A DNA stretch of 64,000 bases, from the NCBI RefSeq assembly GCF_013122565.1, contig NZ_CP053258.1, one strand, 5' to 3'. A model generated the notes under the pieces. The model was not told the origin of the DNA. It did no database searches and saw only the letters and a list, made by a program, of their open reading frames with translations. A program made the position numbers and the translations under genes. Each line of letters opens with the position of its first letter. Position 1 is the first letter of the stretch. Source of the stretch: Escherichia coli (GTDB lineage: Bacteria; Pseudomonadota; Gammaproteobacteria; Enterobacterales; Enterobacteriaceae). This document shows, piece after piece, positions 54,962 to 64,000 of this stretch.

Positions 54962-55906
54962 ATGAACTCTATCAGAGAAAATGATTTAAACCGGGTCGAC
55001 CTCAACCTGCTAATCGTGCTCCTGGTGCTACATCGAGAGGGGAGCGTTTCACGTGCAGCCAGCAAGTTACACTTGGGGCAGCCAGCAGTTAGTGGCGCGC
55101 TGGCACGGCTGAGAGAAATGTTTAACGACCCGTTATTTGTGCGCACGGCAAAGGGGATGGCACCGACACCACGTGCACAAGCTCTGGTTACGGCACTACT
55201 GCCGGTGATGGATCAAATGCAGCAGGTGATTTTTCAAAGGCCGGTTTTTACCCCAGAACAGGATCAGCATACGTTTCGCCTGGGGATGAGTGACTGGGTC
55301 GAACGCTGGCTGATGCCTGGAATGATGGCAGATATAGCCCAAATGGCACCCGGGATTCGCTTACAAGTCACGGCATCCGATCCTTTCCAGGATGGCGAAA
55401 AAGTGCAACAGGATAAGGTGGACGTAGCAATCTCCGTCGTGGAGCAGGTGCCCACCGGAGTGGAACGAGAAGTGATCACTCAAATGGGGTTTTGCACGAT
55501 GTGGCATCCGCTCCAGTTATCCCTCACTTCACCGTTAAGCCTTGATGTATATACTGAAACCGATCATCTTTTGGTCTCTTATCGCGGTGCCAGCAGTAGC
55601 TCTATCGATCTGATTTTGGCTGACTGCGGGCGTAAAAGGGAAGTGCGTTACGTCACGCCAAATTTCTCATCGTTACCGTTGATGTTGAGACAGATACCGG
55701 CTTTAGCGACCGTACCGCAGGGGCTGGCAGTAGGCTGGGTAGCCGATTATGGGTTGCAATTTGCCGATGTCCCACTCGAGGTTCCTGCTTTTACGCTCTC
55801 TCTACTCTGGAATAAGCGGCGTAATAATGATGAGGCGCTGCGCTGGTTACTGGAGAAATTACGCACACGAATGCAGGGCTGGGAGATGTTTTCAGAATGC
55901 GTTTGA
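54962..55906 (+). CDS. LysR-family transcriptional regulator
   Basis: ORF 54929..55906 (TTG) trimmed to ATG 54962; N-terminal HTH (VDLNLLIVLLVLHREGSVSRAASKLHLGQPAVSGALARLRE) and LysR substrate-binding domain; divergent from the MBL-fold gene. Confidence 0.8.
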   Translation: MNSIRENDLNRVDLNLLIVLLVLHREGSVSRAASKLHLGQPAVSGALARLREMFNDPLFVRTAKGMAPTPRAQALVTALLPVMDQMQQVIFQRPVFTPEQDQHTFRLGMSDWVERWLMPGMMADIAQMAPGIRLQVTASDPFQDGEKVQQDKVDVAISVVEQVPTGVEREVITQMGFCTMWHPLQLSLTSPLSLDVYTETDHLLVSYRGASSSSIDLILADCGRKREVRYVTPNFSSLPLMLRQIPALATVPQGLAVGWVADYGLQFADVPLEVPAFTLSLLWNKRRNNDEALRWLLEKLRTRMQGWEMFSECV

Positions 55907-56183
55907 AAACGTAAAAATGTGAACAGGAAATAAGGGCTTGCTAAATTAAATAACTCCTGTCAGATAATTTAGCGTATAGGTGCAATCGTGCCCTAATGGC
56001 CGTTAAACATGTCTTGCAGCTAATTGGGTTAATAAGTATTTGAATCGCTTTTCAGGATTAGTGAGTCGTATGAGGGAGCTGTGCTCTGTCACCATGTACC
56101 TGATATTATGTATTTTTTGTCAACCTTTAGGTTTACATTGTGATGGAATAATAGCGGGGGACGATCAAACTGAACCGTAATGA

Positions 56184-56218
56184 AGTGCTCAAAAGACATG
56201 AGCACTTTTCTTATTTTT
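56184..56218 (+). terminator. Orphan plus-strand intrinsic terminator in LysR-agaI spacer
   Basis: AGTGCTCAAAAGACATGAGCACT followed by TTTCTTATTTTT. Confidence 0.6.
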
Positions 56219-56235
56219 CCGGGCTAAGAGGGATG

Positions 56236-57003
56236 TTAATGACGACAAATCTCATCAATCATGCATGTGAAATGGTTATGCAGCCATAAAAATGAAGCCG
56301 GGATAGCGGTAGAGACTTTAGCCGTGAGAAAACGTTCTGTCGCATCCTGCTTTCCTTCGCCAGTCACCAGTAACAAAACTTCGCGGGCATTGAGAATATC
56401 TTTCAGGCCTAAGGTGATCCCACGTGTCACGGGGCGACCCGCGGTTTTTAACATCTCATGTTGCTGTGTTCTGGCATCAAGATGACTGATATGGCAGGCC
56501 GGTTGCAGGCTTTCTCCCGGTTCGTTCAGCCCAAGGTGACCGTTTTTCCCCAATCCGAGAACGCATAAATCCAGACCGCCTTTGCGCGCAATCAGGTTCG
56601 TTACCCGTTCGCACTCTGTCTCATTTATCTCTTCGGAGCGAAAGCTGATGAGCTGGTCTTCACGTAGCCCCAGCGGCTGCACGATATGCTGTTGCAGGAA
56701 AGTTTCGCAGGTGCCAGGCATCGTTAATGGCAGATCCACCCATTCGTCGAGCTTCACGAAGGTGAGCTGGCTGACATCAACCTGCTGCTGGTGGATTTTT
56801 TCTACCAGATAATGATACGTCAGTAATGGCGTCGCTCCGGTCGCCAGGCAAATCACGGCATCCGATTTACTACGGATCACGGCCAATAAATATTCGCTGG
56901 CACGTTCACTTAACGCCGTATAGTTTTCAACTTGCTGAAGGGTTTGCACAGGATGAAATTCCTTAAGTAAAGAGGCACCGCCAGAAGCAGTGCCTCGTTC
57001 CAT
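56236..57003 (-). CDS. agaI: Galactosamine-6-phosphate deaminase/isomerase (NagB-like)
   Basis: 255 aa ORF; NagB-family; last gene of aga operon, stop adjacent to agaD. Confidence 0.9.
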   Translation of the reverse strand: MERGTASGGASLLKEFHPVQTLQQVENYTALSERASEYLLAVIRSKSDAVICLATGATPLLTYHYLVEKIHQQQVDVSQLTFVKLDEWVDLPLTMPGTCETFLQQHIVQPLGLREDQLISFRSEEINETECERVTNLIARKGGLDLCVLGLGKNGHLGLNEPGESLQPACHISHLDARTQQHEMLKTAGRPVTRGITLGLKDILNAREVLLLVTGEGKQDATERFLTAKVSTAIPASFLWLHNHFTCMIDEICRH

Positions 57004-57795
57004 TTACAAAATGCCGAATGCGGAACAAACAATAGAGAGCACAAAAGTTACGCCGATTAACAGCACCGGATGCGCTTTTTTCACCCGCAGGAAGTAATAC
57101 ATCAGCAGGGTGTAGGCCATCGGTAAAATGTTCGGGAAGACTTTATCGAAGAAATCCTGCTGCAGCGCGACGCTGTGGGTACTGTCGATGGCAAACGACG
57201 TCACCACGTTAATATGCACATACGAAGCGATCAGACCGCCGATTACCGTGATCCCGAGGATGGTTGCCGAACGGGCAATCATCTGCGAGTTCTCTCGTAC
57301 TTTATCGATCGCCTTCACGCCGACTGAATAACCGACGTGGGTCCAGCCGACGCGCAGGAAAAAGATAAGCAGGTAAACGGCGAAAAATAGAATCGGCCCC
57401 AGCAGGTTTCCCTGACTGGCAAACGATGAGCAAATCCCCGCCATAATTGGCAATAAGGTAAACCAGAAAATCGCATCTCCAATCCCGGCGATTGGGCCAA
57501 ACAGTGCCACTTTGAGGCCTTTAATGGTGTCGCGGTTTTCTCCTTTTTCTTCCATCGAAATTAATAACCCCATCAGGAATCCGACCAGATTCGGGTGGGT
57601 ATTAATAAATTCGAGGTTATCTTTCATCGCTGCGCTTAGGCCCGGTTTGTCGTCCTTATAAATCTTTTTCAGGATCGGCAACATCGCCCAGGTAAAACCG
57701 CCCGCCTGCATCCTTTCGTAGTTAAAGCTCGCTTGCAGCAGCGACGAACGAAAGCCCAGACGGGTGATATCTTTTTTACTGATTTCAGATCCCAT
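57004..57795 (-). CDS. agaD: PTS mannose-family IID component (GalNAc/galactosamine)
   Basis: ORF 57004..57942 trimmed to MGSEISKKDITRLGFRSSLLQASFNYERMQ. Confidence 0.9.
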   Translation of the reverse strand: MGSEISKKDITRLGFRSSLLQASFNYERMQAGGFTWAMLPILKKIYKDDKPGLSAAMKDNLEFINTHPNLVGFLMGLLISMEEKGENRDTIKGLKVALFGPIAGIGDAIFWFTLLPIMAGICSSFASQGNLLGPILFFAVYLLIFFLRVGWTHVGYSVGVKAIDKVRENSQMIARSATILGITVIGGLIASYVHINVVTSFAIDSTHSVALQQDFFDKVFPNILPMAYTLLMYYFLRVKKAHPVLLIGVTFVLSIVCSAFGIL

Positions 57796-58588
57796 TGCTG
57801 TAGTCCTCTTCTTCATTTTTACTGGCAACGGGCTGCGGTTGCGCTTGCTGCCGGGATTTCGCATTGAAAAACTCATACACCGCAAAGCCTGCACCCAGTA
57901 CGGCAACCGGCAACAGGTTGCTGACCTGGATGTAGCAAACAAACAGGAAGCCGGCGATCAGATAAGGGATATATTGTGCTTTGAACATCACGCGCAGCAG
58001 CAAGCCAAAACCAACGGCAGGCAGAATACCGCCAGCCACTTCAAAGCCGTGGGTCAGCCAGGCGGGCATCGCTTTCACCAGCGCCTGCATCGCCCCTTGT
58101 GCCAGGTAAGTACAGAGGAAAGCAATCACCGCATACGCTGAAGCGACGATGAGCATCGTTGTCCAGTTAAGTCGGGAAAACGCTGCCGTATCCGCTTCTT
58201 TCGCGCATTTATCGGCTTTGGTCATAAACAATGAGAAAGCAGAATAGAAGAACAGAATGACGTACTGCATTAACAAACTAAACGGTAGGCCAAGACCAAT
58301 TGCCGTTTTGGCATCAACGCCCGTAGACCATGCAATGACGGTGGTCATCAGACCCGCCATAATAGGGTTGGGCGGCTGAACACCACCTGCAGGGGTTAAT
58401 CCGGCGAAAGCCAACTCTGTCAGACCACCGGTAATTAAGCCAGTCTGAATATCACCGAGAATAGCGCCAGTTAGGGTACAAACGATTATCGGGCGGAATA
58501 AAAATAAGGCTTCCAGCCAAAAATCAATCCCCAGAACGAAAACTAACGCCGCCAGGGATAATCCCTGAAGTAGGGTTATTTCATGCAT
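57785..58588 (-). CDS. agaC: PTS mannose-family IIC component
   Basis: 267 aa polytopic ORF; overlaps agaD start. Confidence 0.92.
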   Translation of the reverse strand: MHEITLLQGLSLAALVFVLGIDFWLEALFLFRPIIVCTLTGAILGDIQTGLITGGLTELAFAGLTPAGGVQPPNPIMAGLMTTVIAWSTGVDAKTAIGLGLPFSLLMQYVILFFYSAFSLFMTKADKCAKEADTAAFSRLNWTTMLIVASAYAVIAFLCTYLAQGAMQALVKAMPAWLTHGFEVAGGILPAVGFGLLLRVMFKAQYIPYLIAGFLFVCYIQVSNLLPVAVLGAGFAVYEFFNAKSRQQAQPQPVASKNEEEDYSNGI

Positions 58589-58626
58589 TTTTATTACCTC
58601 AAACCAATATTAAGGCGATTTTAGAT

Positions 58627-59103
58627 TTAGTCAGGGATTTGTTCTTTTTGATCGCCAGGGACGTCCTGAATGAAAACATTCACGCCACGTTGTTTAATAA
58701 AACGTAAGTCCGCGAGATCCTGGTCATCGACATAAACTTTACTGCTGATTTGCTTTTTCCCTTCCGAGAAATGCATATTGCCGACGTTGACATCGTTCAG
58801 GTCAATACCACCTTCTACCAATTTACGTACCGTTTGTGGCGTACGGCAAATCAGGAAGATCTTCTGATGTGGTGCAGCTTTGCCGATGACGTTAATGGTT
58901 TTTTCGATAGTAAAGAAACGAATGCCAAAGCCGTAGGTTTCCGCGGTAATACCCATTAATTTCTGTTGAATATCATCGTTAGCGACAACATCATCCACGA
59001 CTACCAGCAGATTTGCACCGATGGTGGATGTCCAGGTCACGCCAACCTGGCCATGAACCAGACGGTTATCAATACGGGTTAAGAGAATATTTGGACTGCT
59101 CAT
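58627..59103 (-). CDS. agaB: PTS mannose-family IIB component
   Basis: 158 aa ORF with phosphorylation-site region NILLTRIDNRLVHGQV. Confidence 0.92.
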   Translation of the reverse strand: MSSPNILLTRIDNRLVHGQVGVTWTSTIGANLLVVVDDVVANDDIQQKLMGITAETYGFGIRFFTIEKTINVIGKAAPHQKIFLICRTPQTVRKLVEGGIDLNDVNVGNMHFSEGKKQISSKVYVDDQDLADLRFIKQRGVNVFIQDVPGDQKEQIPD

Positions 59104-59269
59104 TGTGTAATCCTCACCATAAAGTTGAATAATATAATCTTTTTAAATATATTATTGTTGCGATATTGTACTGATGTATTTATTAAGGTTTAGTTATCTC
59201 CTTTACCATTAAAGTACTCCCCGATATTAATCGGGAAGTACTTTGGGATAAATCATAAAAAACTAATGA

Positions 59270-60142
<873 letters not shown>

Positions 60143-61297
60143 TTATGCCTGCCACGGATGAATGATTACGCCTTGCACCACGCGGTTAACGGTGCCACTG
60201 GCTGATGGGGTATCCGGCGTATTGCCCATGTGCAGCGATTGCATCAGTGCAAACGTCTGGGCGTACATCAGAAAGCAAAATGCCTGTTCAACGTCGATAA
60301 AGTGACGGGATGGCGGCAGGATGATATGTGGACCGGCAGCGACGATGTCGGTGCTTTCCGCGGCGATGGCGATTACGCGCATTGCCTGGTTGTCACGGCG
60401 GAGTTCTGCCAGCAGATCAAGATCATACTGACGGGTGTAAAGGTGGCTGGAGACAAATACCACCACCAGCGTTTCGTTATCGACCAGCGATTTTGGGCCA
60501 TGACGGAATCCGGTTGGGGAATCATAAAAGGCCGCCAGTTTACCCGCCGTCAGTTCCAGCACTTTCAACGCCGACTCGCGTGCTGCGCCCTGTAAGCCAC
60601 CGCTGCCGAGATAAACGATCCTTTTCCACGGTGCGTAACCAAACACACCTTCGCTGAAATCGCCCAGTGAGGTCAGGATCGCCTGGCAACGATCCGCCAC
60701 GTCGCGGAAGGTTTGGCTGTTGACCGCCTCAGGTGCGAAAACCGCGAGGCAGCTGGCCATCATGGTGGTAATGCTGCTGGTCATCGCAAAGCCGCGATCG
60801 TGCGTTTCTGCGGGCATCAGCAGGGCAAACGCGTTGTCGCTGTTGATCGCGTTTTGGTAAAGAGCGCCCGCTTCGTTGCAAGTGATCGGCAGGTGATAGC
60901 ATTCTGGTACAAATTGATTTGCCAGTTCCACGGCAGCGACGCTTTCCGGGCTGTTGCCGGATCGACCGAAGGAGATCAACAACAGCGGATGAGCTGGATT
61001 CAGGTAGTCCATCGGATTAGTGACCAGATCGGTGGTCGGTACGGCGCTGAAGTTTTTACCGGTATGGCTGGCGAGCCACGGCGCGATGATGTCACCGATA
61101 AATGCCGAGGTTCCGGCTCCGGTCAGGATAATCCGCAGATTCTCTTTGCGCAGTAATGGTTCAAGGAAGTTATTGAGCGCGGAACGTAGCGCGTCGATGT
61201 TGGTGAGTGAACGGATCCATGCGCGAGGCTGATGGCGGATCTCTTCTTCAGTCCATGTACCGGTTGCGGCAGCAGCAGGGGTGTAATTTTCTGGCAT
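60143..61297 (-). CDS. agaS: SIS-domain sugar isomerase/deaminase AgaS
   Basis: 384 aa ORF with tandem SIS domains. Confidence 0.93.
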   Translation of the reverse strand: MPENYTPAAAATGTWTEEEIRHQPRAWIRSLTNIDALRSALNNFLEPLLRKENLRIILTGAGTSAFIGDIIAPWLASHTGKNFSAVPTTDLVTNPMDYLNPAHPLLLISFGRSGNSPESVAAVELANQFVPECYHLPITCNEAGALYQNAINSDNAFALLMPAETHDRGFAMTSSITTMMASCLAVFAPEAVNSQTFRDVADRCQAILTSLGDFSEGVFGYAPWKRIVYLGSGGLQGAARESALKVLELTAGKLAAFYDSPTGFRHGPKSLVDNETLVVVFVSSHLYTRQYDLDLLAELRRDNQAMRVIAIAAESTDIVAAGPHIILPPSRHFIDVEQAFCFLMYAQTFALMQSLHMGNTPDTPSASGTVNRVVQGVIIHPWQA

Positions 61298-61517
61298 AAC
61301 TCAATCCTTAGTCTGATGAACTTGACGTCGGGCGTTGTCGCTTTCACTTGCCTTTCGTTTCATTTCACTTGGTGATGTCTTTCGTTGATTAAAATCTATA
61401 GAAAAGAAACTGAAAGTTCAATGGAGAAAAAGGAAATAAAACGAAATCTGTGATCATTGAAAGAAAAGACAAGGGAAGATTAAAGAATTGCGTAATGACG
61501 TCGCTATGTTCACCGAT

Positions 61518-61574
61518 TGCCGGATGCGGCGTACCGTAGGTCAGATAAGACGCGTCAGCGTCGCATCCGACACC
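61518..61574. repeat. REP-like palindrome in agaS-agaA intergenic region
   Basis: TGCCGGATGCGGCGTACCGTAGGTCAGATAAGACGCGTCAGCGTCGCATCCGACACC. Confidence 0.55.
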
Positions 61575-61647
61575 GCTGCACAGATCAAAAAGAAAGAAAA
61601 AGAAAGGCCTTACGGGGGAAGTGAAGGCCCAATAATGGAGCAAACCA

Positions 61648-62781
61648 TCAAAACGAAGCTAATTGACCCTGAATCCAGATTTGTTGCACATGCAGCCCGC
61701 TATCCAGCGCAACGACGCTGGCGCGTTTGCCCGGTTTAAGCGATCCCAGAACACCATCAACACCCAGCATTCGCGCCGGATGCAGCGATGCCATATGAAT
61801 GGCTTCCGCAGGCGTTACGCCCGTCAACTCGACCATATTGCGCACTGCCGCATCAACAGACAGCGTACTGCCCGCCAGCCCACCGGACGCGGTACGGACA
61901 ACGCCACCGTGCATCTGCACTTCTTCGCCACATAACGTATAGCGACCATCCGGCATCCCGGCTGCCTGCATCGCGTCGGTGATCAGCACGATTCTCTCTT
62001 TCGCACAGCAACAACACAGCGACATCGCCGCCGGATGCACATGATGACCATCGGCTATCAGTTCCAGCCAGGCGCGCTTGTCCGTTAATCCCGCGCCAAC
62101 CATTCCCGGTTCGCGGTGATGTAAACCTGTCATCCCGTTATAGCAATGCACCAGGCCGTCGGCACCAGCATCAAACGCGGCGCGGGTTTGTTGCCAGGTC
62201 GCCGCGCTATGCCCCAGCATCACTCGTACATTTTGCTGTTTAAGATGGCGGATGGCCTGCAATGCCCCTTCTTTTTCCGGTGCCAGCGCTACCACGCGTA
62301 AGGTGTGCTGAGAAACGGCAATCAACTGATCCAGCTCGGCAATTTCAAGCTCGCGAAACAGCTCCGGCGGATGCGCGCCTTTATTCTGCGGCGTGAAGTA
62401 CGGTCCTTCGAGATAACTCCCCAGCACTTGCGCACCAGGCCCGCCGCGTTGGCAACGTTGAGCAATACGTTTCAGCACCGCATGAATGGTACTAAGCGGC
62501 GCGGTTACGGTGGTCGGTAACCAACTGCCGACACCTTCGCGTGCCTTGTGCATTGCCAGCTTGTCGAGTACATCCGGCGCGTCATCCATTACATCAACGC
62601 CCGCACCACCGTGTACATGGGTGTCGATGTAAGCGGGGCAGAGCAGTTCCGCATCGCGTTCAGTCACGCCCACTGGAATCGGTTCGATTGCTGCGATGAC
62701 ACCGTCAGCAATACGCAACTGATGGTCATCGAGCCATCCCTCTTCAGTCAGCAGCCTTCTGGCGCGCAGAACGTGTGTCAT
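61648..62781 (-). CDS. agaA: N-acetylgalactosamine-6-phosphate deacetylase, full length
   Basis: 377 aa ORF; amidohydrolase metal ligands (HVHGG region); full-length unlike the truncated K-12 allele. Confidence 0.9.
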   Translation of the reverse strand: MTHVLRARRLLTEEGWLDDHQLRIADGVIAAIEPIPVGVTERDAELLCPAYIDTHVHGGAGVDVMDDAPDVLDKLAMHKAREGVGSWLPTTVTAPLSTIHAVLKRIAQRCQRGGPGAQVLGSYLEGPYFTPQNKGAHPPELFRELEIAELDQLIAVSQHTLRVVALAPEKEGALQAIRHLKQQNVRVMLGHSAATWQQTRAAFDAGADGLVHCYNGMTGLHHREPGMVGAGLTDKRAWLELIADGHHVHPAAMSLCCCCAKERIVLITDAMQAAGMPDGRYTLCGEEVQMHGGVVRTASGGLAGSTLSVDAAVRNMVELTGVTPAEAIHMASLHPARMLGVDGVLGSLKPGKRASVVALDSGLHVQQIWIQGQLASF

Positions 62782-63212
62782 ATTCCTTCCTCAACCGGAC
62801 ATTCCTCATGGCAGCGGCCTAACTCGTCCACCAGACTGGTCAGCCCTCGGTGTCCACACTCCAGCGCCTGCACTCGGAACTCTTCACCGCTTAACCCTTC
62901 GCGCTCCAGCACCATCTCCAGTAGCAGTTGTAAATTGGTTCCGGTAATCACTTCACAGCCCGGTTTTTGCATCGCCAGCGTTGACGCTACGCGAAACGGC
63001 GTGCCGCCCAGCAAATCCGTCAGAAAAACAATGCCGTCTTCACAATCCAGTTGGGCGATGGCCTCTTCAAGCTGCGATGTAAGTAGCGCGGTGCTTGAGG
63101 TTTCGGGAAAATCGATGGCGATAAACTGCGATTGCTCACCGAGAATTTGCTTCATTGCTTTTTCCATGCCGCTGGCAAACCCGCCGTGCCCTGTCAAAAT
63201 AATACTTAACAT
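62778..63212 (-). CDS. agaF: PTS mannose-family IIA component
   Basis: 144 aa ORF MLSIILTGHGGFASGMEKAMKQILGE; overlaps agaA start. Confidence 0.9.
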   Translation of the reverse strand: MLSIILTGHGGFASGMEKAMKQILGEQSQFIAIDFPETSSTALLTSQLEEAIAQLDCEDGIVFLTDLLGGTPFRVASTLAMQKPGCEVITGTNLQLLLEMVLEREGLSGEEFRVQALECGHRGLTSLVDELGRCHEECPVEEGI

Positions 63213-63229
63213 CTAATACCTCATTGTAT

Positions 63230-64000
63230 TTAAAGGAAATGGCAGAATTTACCGACGATGCCGAGAACCACGGTAACTGCAATCAGGCGCAGCGGACTCC
63301 AGCCGCGGCGTACCAGCCAGAACATGGTCAGGGTGTAGACCAGCGGTAAGAAGGCAGGCATCAGTTTGTCGATAACATCAGCCTGTAACTTAACCACTGC
63401 GTCGCCCGCTGTGATTTCCAGCGTGGTGCTTAAACGTACATAGGTTGCCACCAGCGCGCCGATTACCGTCATCCCAACGATAGACGCAGCATGACCGACT
63501 TTTTTGGTATTCGCTTTAATGAGTGGAATCGCCGCCACGCCCATGCGGTAAGCATAATGCGCCAGACCAAAACGCAGCCCCAGGTGTACCACGTTGAACA
63601 GCACAATAAAGACGACTGCGCCAAGAATAGAGCCTTGCAATGCCAGACTGGCTCCAATCCCGCCACAAATCGGCAGTAGCGTTAGCCAGAACATTGCATC
63701 GCCAATCCCGCCAAGTGGCGCACCGACGGCAATTTTGGTGCTCTGAATACTGTTAACGTCCTGCTTAGAACGCTCCATCGCGAGGATAATGCCGATAACA
63801 AACGTCACCAGAAACGGATGGGTATTGAAGAAACCCATATGCCCCTTCATGGCGCGCGCCAGGTCGCGTTTATTAGTGTGGATCTTTTTCAGAGCAGGCA
63901 GCAGACCGTACAACCAGCCGGAAGCCTGCATACGTTCGTAGTTAAAAGACGCTTGTAACAGCATGGAACGCCAGGCGACGCGGTTGATATCTTTTTTCGT
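63230..64000 (-). CDS. agaE: PTS mannose-family IID component, partial (start beyond window end)
   Basis: Reading frame continues to window edge (…TKKDINRVAWRSMLLQASFNYERMQASGW), paralogous to agaD. Confidence 0.85.
   Translation of the reverse strand, partial: TKKDINRVAWRSMLLQASFNYERMQASGWLYGLLPALKKIHTNKRDLARAMKGHMGFFNTHPFLVTFVIGIILAMERSKQDVNSIQSTKIAVGAPLGGIGDAMFWLTLLPICGGIGASLALQGSILGAVVFIVLFNVVHLGLRFGLAHYAYRMGVAAIPLIKANTKKVGHAASIVGMTVIGALVATYVRLSTTLEITAGDAVVKLQADVIDKLMPAFLPLVYTLTMFWLVRRGWSPLRLIAVTVVLGIVGKFCHFL

Noticed and set aside
53813-56235. Possibility that the LysR/hydrolase module is a mobile element or integron-like cassette
   Set aside because: No integrase, transposase, inverted terminal repeats, attC-like site or flanking direct repeats are visible, and GC content is similar to the flanks. 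Treated as a lineage-specific chromosomal island rather than an identifiable mobile element

Overview
This 64 kb window reads as Escherichia coli-type chromosome, in reverse orientation relative to the usual K-12 map, running from hpf/rpoN through to the aga (N-acetylgalactosamine) cluster. All identifications are from reading the ORF translations and sequence against remembered E. coli proteins; no database search was run. Gene order is colinear with K-12: hpf(partial)-rpoN-lptBAC-kdsCD-yrbG, mlaFEDCB-ibaG-murA, sfsB, ispB, rplU-rpmA-yhbE-obgE, dacB, greA, yhbY, rlmE-ftsH-folP-glmM, secG-leuU, yhbX, argG, metY-rimP-nusA-infB-rbfA-truB-rpsO-pnp, nlpI, deaD, mtr, yhbW, ubiV-ubiU / ubiT-yhbS, yhbQ, yhbP, yhbO, yraR, yraQ, dolP-diaA-yraN-lpoA, rsmI. 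Two tRNA genes are present (leuU and metY), plus several intrinsic terminators and REP-type palindromes. I found no transposase, integrase, phage gene or CRISPR array. The one clear break from K-12 synteny is at 53.8-56.2 kb: where K-12 carries the yraHIJK fimbrial operon, this window has a LysR-type regulator divergently paired with a signal-peptide-bearing metallo-beta-lactamase-fold hydrolase that resembles the methyl parathion hydrolase (MPH) family, followed by an AT-rich spacer with an orphan terminator and a 36-codon ORF. This is the best candidate for an undescribed module. The aga cluster downstream is intact (full-length agaA, with agaF and agaE present), unlike K-12. Most of the rest is well-characterised housekeeping sequence.
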